Origin: Felis catus
Lineage: Eukaryota
DNA length: 64,000 nt
Reading direction: 5' to 3'
Assembly: GCF_018350175.1 (NCBI RefSeq)
Contig: NC_058371.1
Coordinates: forward strand, 144,708,001 to 144,772,000
Shown: piece after piece, positions 62,362 through 64,000 of the stretch
Numbering within the stretch: the first letter of the stretch is position 1
Layout: each line of letters starts with the position of its first letter
Made by a program: the position numbers and the translations under genes
Notes under the pieces: generated by a model
What the model was told of the DNA's origin: nothing
Seen by the model: only the letters and a program-made list of their open reading frames with translations
Database searches by the model: none

Positions 62362-63679
62362 ATTGTCACAGTTTCAGTATTTCCTTCCCATGGTTTGAGA
62401 AATCCAATTACTTCAAAACTCTTTTTGCTTCTGGAGGCTGTTTTGGATCGCAATGCAGCTTGGTGACTGACCTACATGATCAATGGCTCATTAAGCGTCC
62501 CAATTGTTCAACTCTGTGGGGAGAACCGAGAGCCTGCTGGGGAAGTATGAAGGAGAACTTTGGACTTGATCATTTTGCTCTTCTAAATCAATATTAAAGC
62601 TCTTCATATGATGTTCAAAAGACTGTGTGTAGTACTCCAGGAGCCCAGATCAGAAACCCCATGGGGATGAGGCTTGTCTCTGTGTCTGCTATATAGAAGG
62701 CTCAGTAGACATCTTTTTGGAATGAATGAGTGTTGAATAAATAGGACAGTCTGTTTGAGGTCACTGATTCATACTTAGCGAGGGGAATTAATCTACGAAA
62801 TGGCTCTCTGAACAAGTCCAGAACAAGTCTTTATATATCATAAGCTATGAGAGGGAGAAAGAGTAAGATACGTAAGGGGTTTGGAGTTGAGAAAAAAATT
62901 AACTGGGTGGGAAAATAGAGGTGCCGGTCATGGAAGTGGATTTCTTGCAATTTACTCATTCATGGCTTGCGTATTCTGAGTAGAAAATGAGAAAGAGAAG
63001 GAAACTCCTGTGTGTGAAGCCATTGATTTCATCTGTAAACAGGAAACAATAGTGTGTCCTTCAACGTGGTTGTGAGGCCTAGAAGCCATGGATGTTGATG
63101 TAAAGCATTGATGGGTCCAGGCATCGTAAAATGTAAAAACACATTTTATTATTATAGCTACCATTATAGCTGCTATCAACCAGTCCCATTTTTCAATTCT
63201 TAAACAATACCCATCCCCAATCCTACTTCTTTCTAGCCAAAATTTGGGTGAGTTGGTATACTTAACAGACCCTAGGCCTCCCCTAAGGCACATGCTCGGA
63301 GCCCTCCAGACTCCTCCAGGTGCAGCCTGGAAACCACTGAGCTGGTCCAAGGCCAGGGTCAGTCATGATTCACTAAGAAACCTGGTTCTCTCCTGAAGCA
63401 AGTCTCTTAAGTCAGTGAATTGGTTTCTCTCAGAGCAATGCAAAAATACCCAAAAAACAAAACAAAATAAAAAACACAAGCATCATTGCATGACCGAGAT
63501 TTCTCTGATCCCAAGAAAAATGCTGAACCTTTTTTTTTCTCCCTCTTTTTTTCTCCCTTTGCTTGGCTGCTTCTCTTCTCACCTTGCCCTGCTTCCTTTA
63601 GGAATTAGCTTTGGAAGGAAATCACTCACATAAGGAAAATGATCTAGGAACTCAGATTTAAAAAAAAAAAAAAAATCCT

Positions 63680-63907
63680 GGGGCGCCTGGGTGGCGCAGT
63701 CGGTTAAGCGTCCAACTTCAGCCAGGTCACGATCTCGCGGTCCGGGAGTTCGAGCCCGGCGTCAGGCTCTGGGCTGATGGCTCGGAGCCTGGAGCCTGTT
63801 TCCGATTCTGTGTCTCCCTCTCTCTCTGTCCCTCCCCCGCTCATGCTCTGTCTCTCTCTGTCCCAAAAATAAAAATAAAAACGTTGAAAAAAAATTAAAA
63901 AAAAAAA
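63680..63907 (+). mobile_element. Young felid SINEC_Fc1
   Basis: Full length, inserted in an A-run. Confidence 0.97.
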
Positions 63908-64000
63908 TCTAGCCAACATGGATATGTGTGATTCACAGTTGCTCTAAATGCACGGAAATTTGTTTGCACAAATTAATAGCAACTTTTAATAAACAGACTT

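Noticed and set aside
1-64000. CRISPR arrays, rRNA, tRNA or snRNA genes, processed pseudogenes, a second protein-coding gene
   Set aside because: None recognised by eye; repeated units are dispersed SINEs with TSDs. Short non-coding exons or lncRNAs cannot be excluded without alignment or RNA data.

Overview
Eukaryotic genomic DNA from a felid (cat family), judged from 12 young SINEC_Fc1-type CAN-SINEs and felid-type L1 3' ends. It is a short-read-style scaffold with six N-gaps, all in or beside repeats. The only gene I can support is betacellulin (BTC, EGF-family ErbB ligand) on the + strand. Coding exons are 20184-20282, 30849-30966, 35913-36059 and 38390-38498 (stop TAG), with a 3'-UTR exon starting at about 39930. 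All splice sites are GT-AG and the phases join into one frame: ...GLVILHCVVADGNATRSPERDGLLCGDPGENCAATTMQSKRKGHFSRCPKQYKHYCIKGRCRFVVAEQTPSCVCDEGYTGARCERVDLFYLREDRGQILVICLIVVMVIFIILVVGVCTCCHPLRRRRKRRKKEEEMETLGKDTTPINEDIQETSIA*. Exon 1 (start codon and most of the signal peptide) was not found and should lie upstream of the window. About 42.3-64 kb is gene-free sequence rich in SINE, L1, L2, MIR, LTR and DNA-transposon relics. Almost all ORFs in the supplied track are repeat-derived or chance. I do not see convincing evidence of a new biological system. The most interesting leads are: (i) BTC exon 5 is 111 nt, so skipping it or reading through its stop both enter a 28-codon open frame in the UTR exon; (ii) a palindrome-containing 37-bp duplication and a 62-bp dispersed copy that look like templated repair scars; (iii) repeated retroelement insertion into pre-existing target-site duplications; (iv) inverted SINE pairs around exons 3 and 4. 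Repeat family names are by-eye assignments and their coordinates are approximate unless a TSD is quoted.
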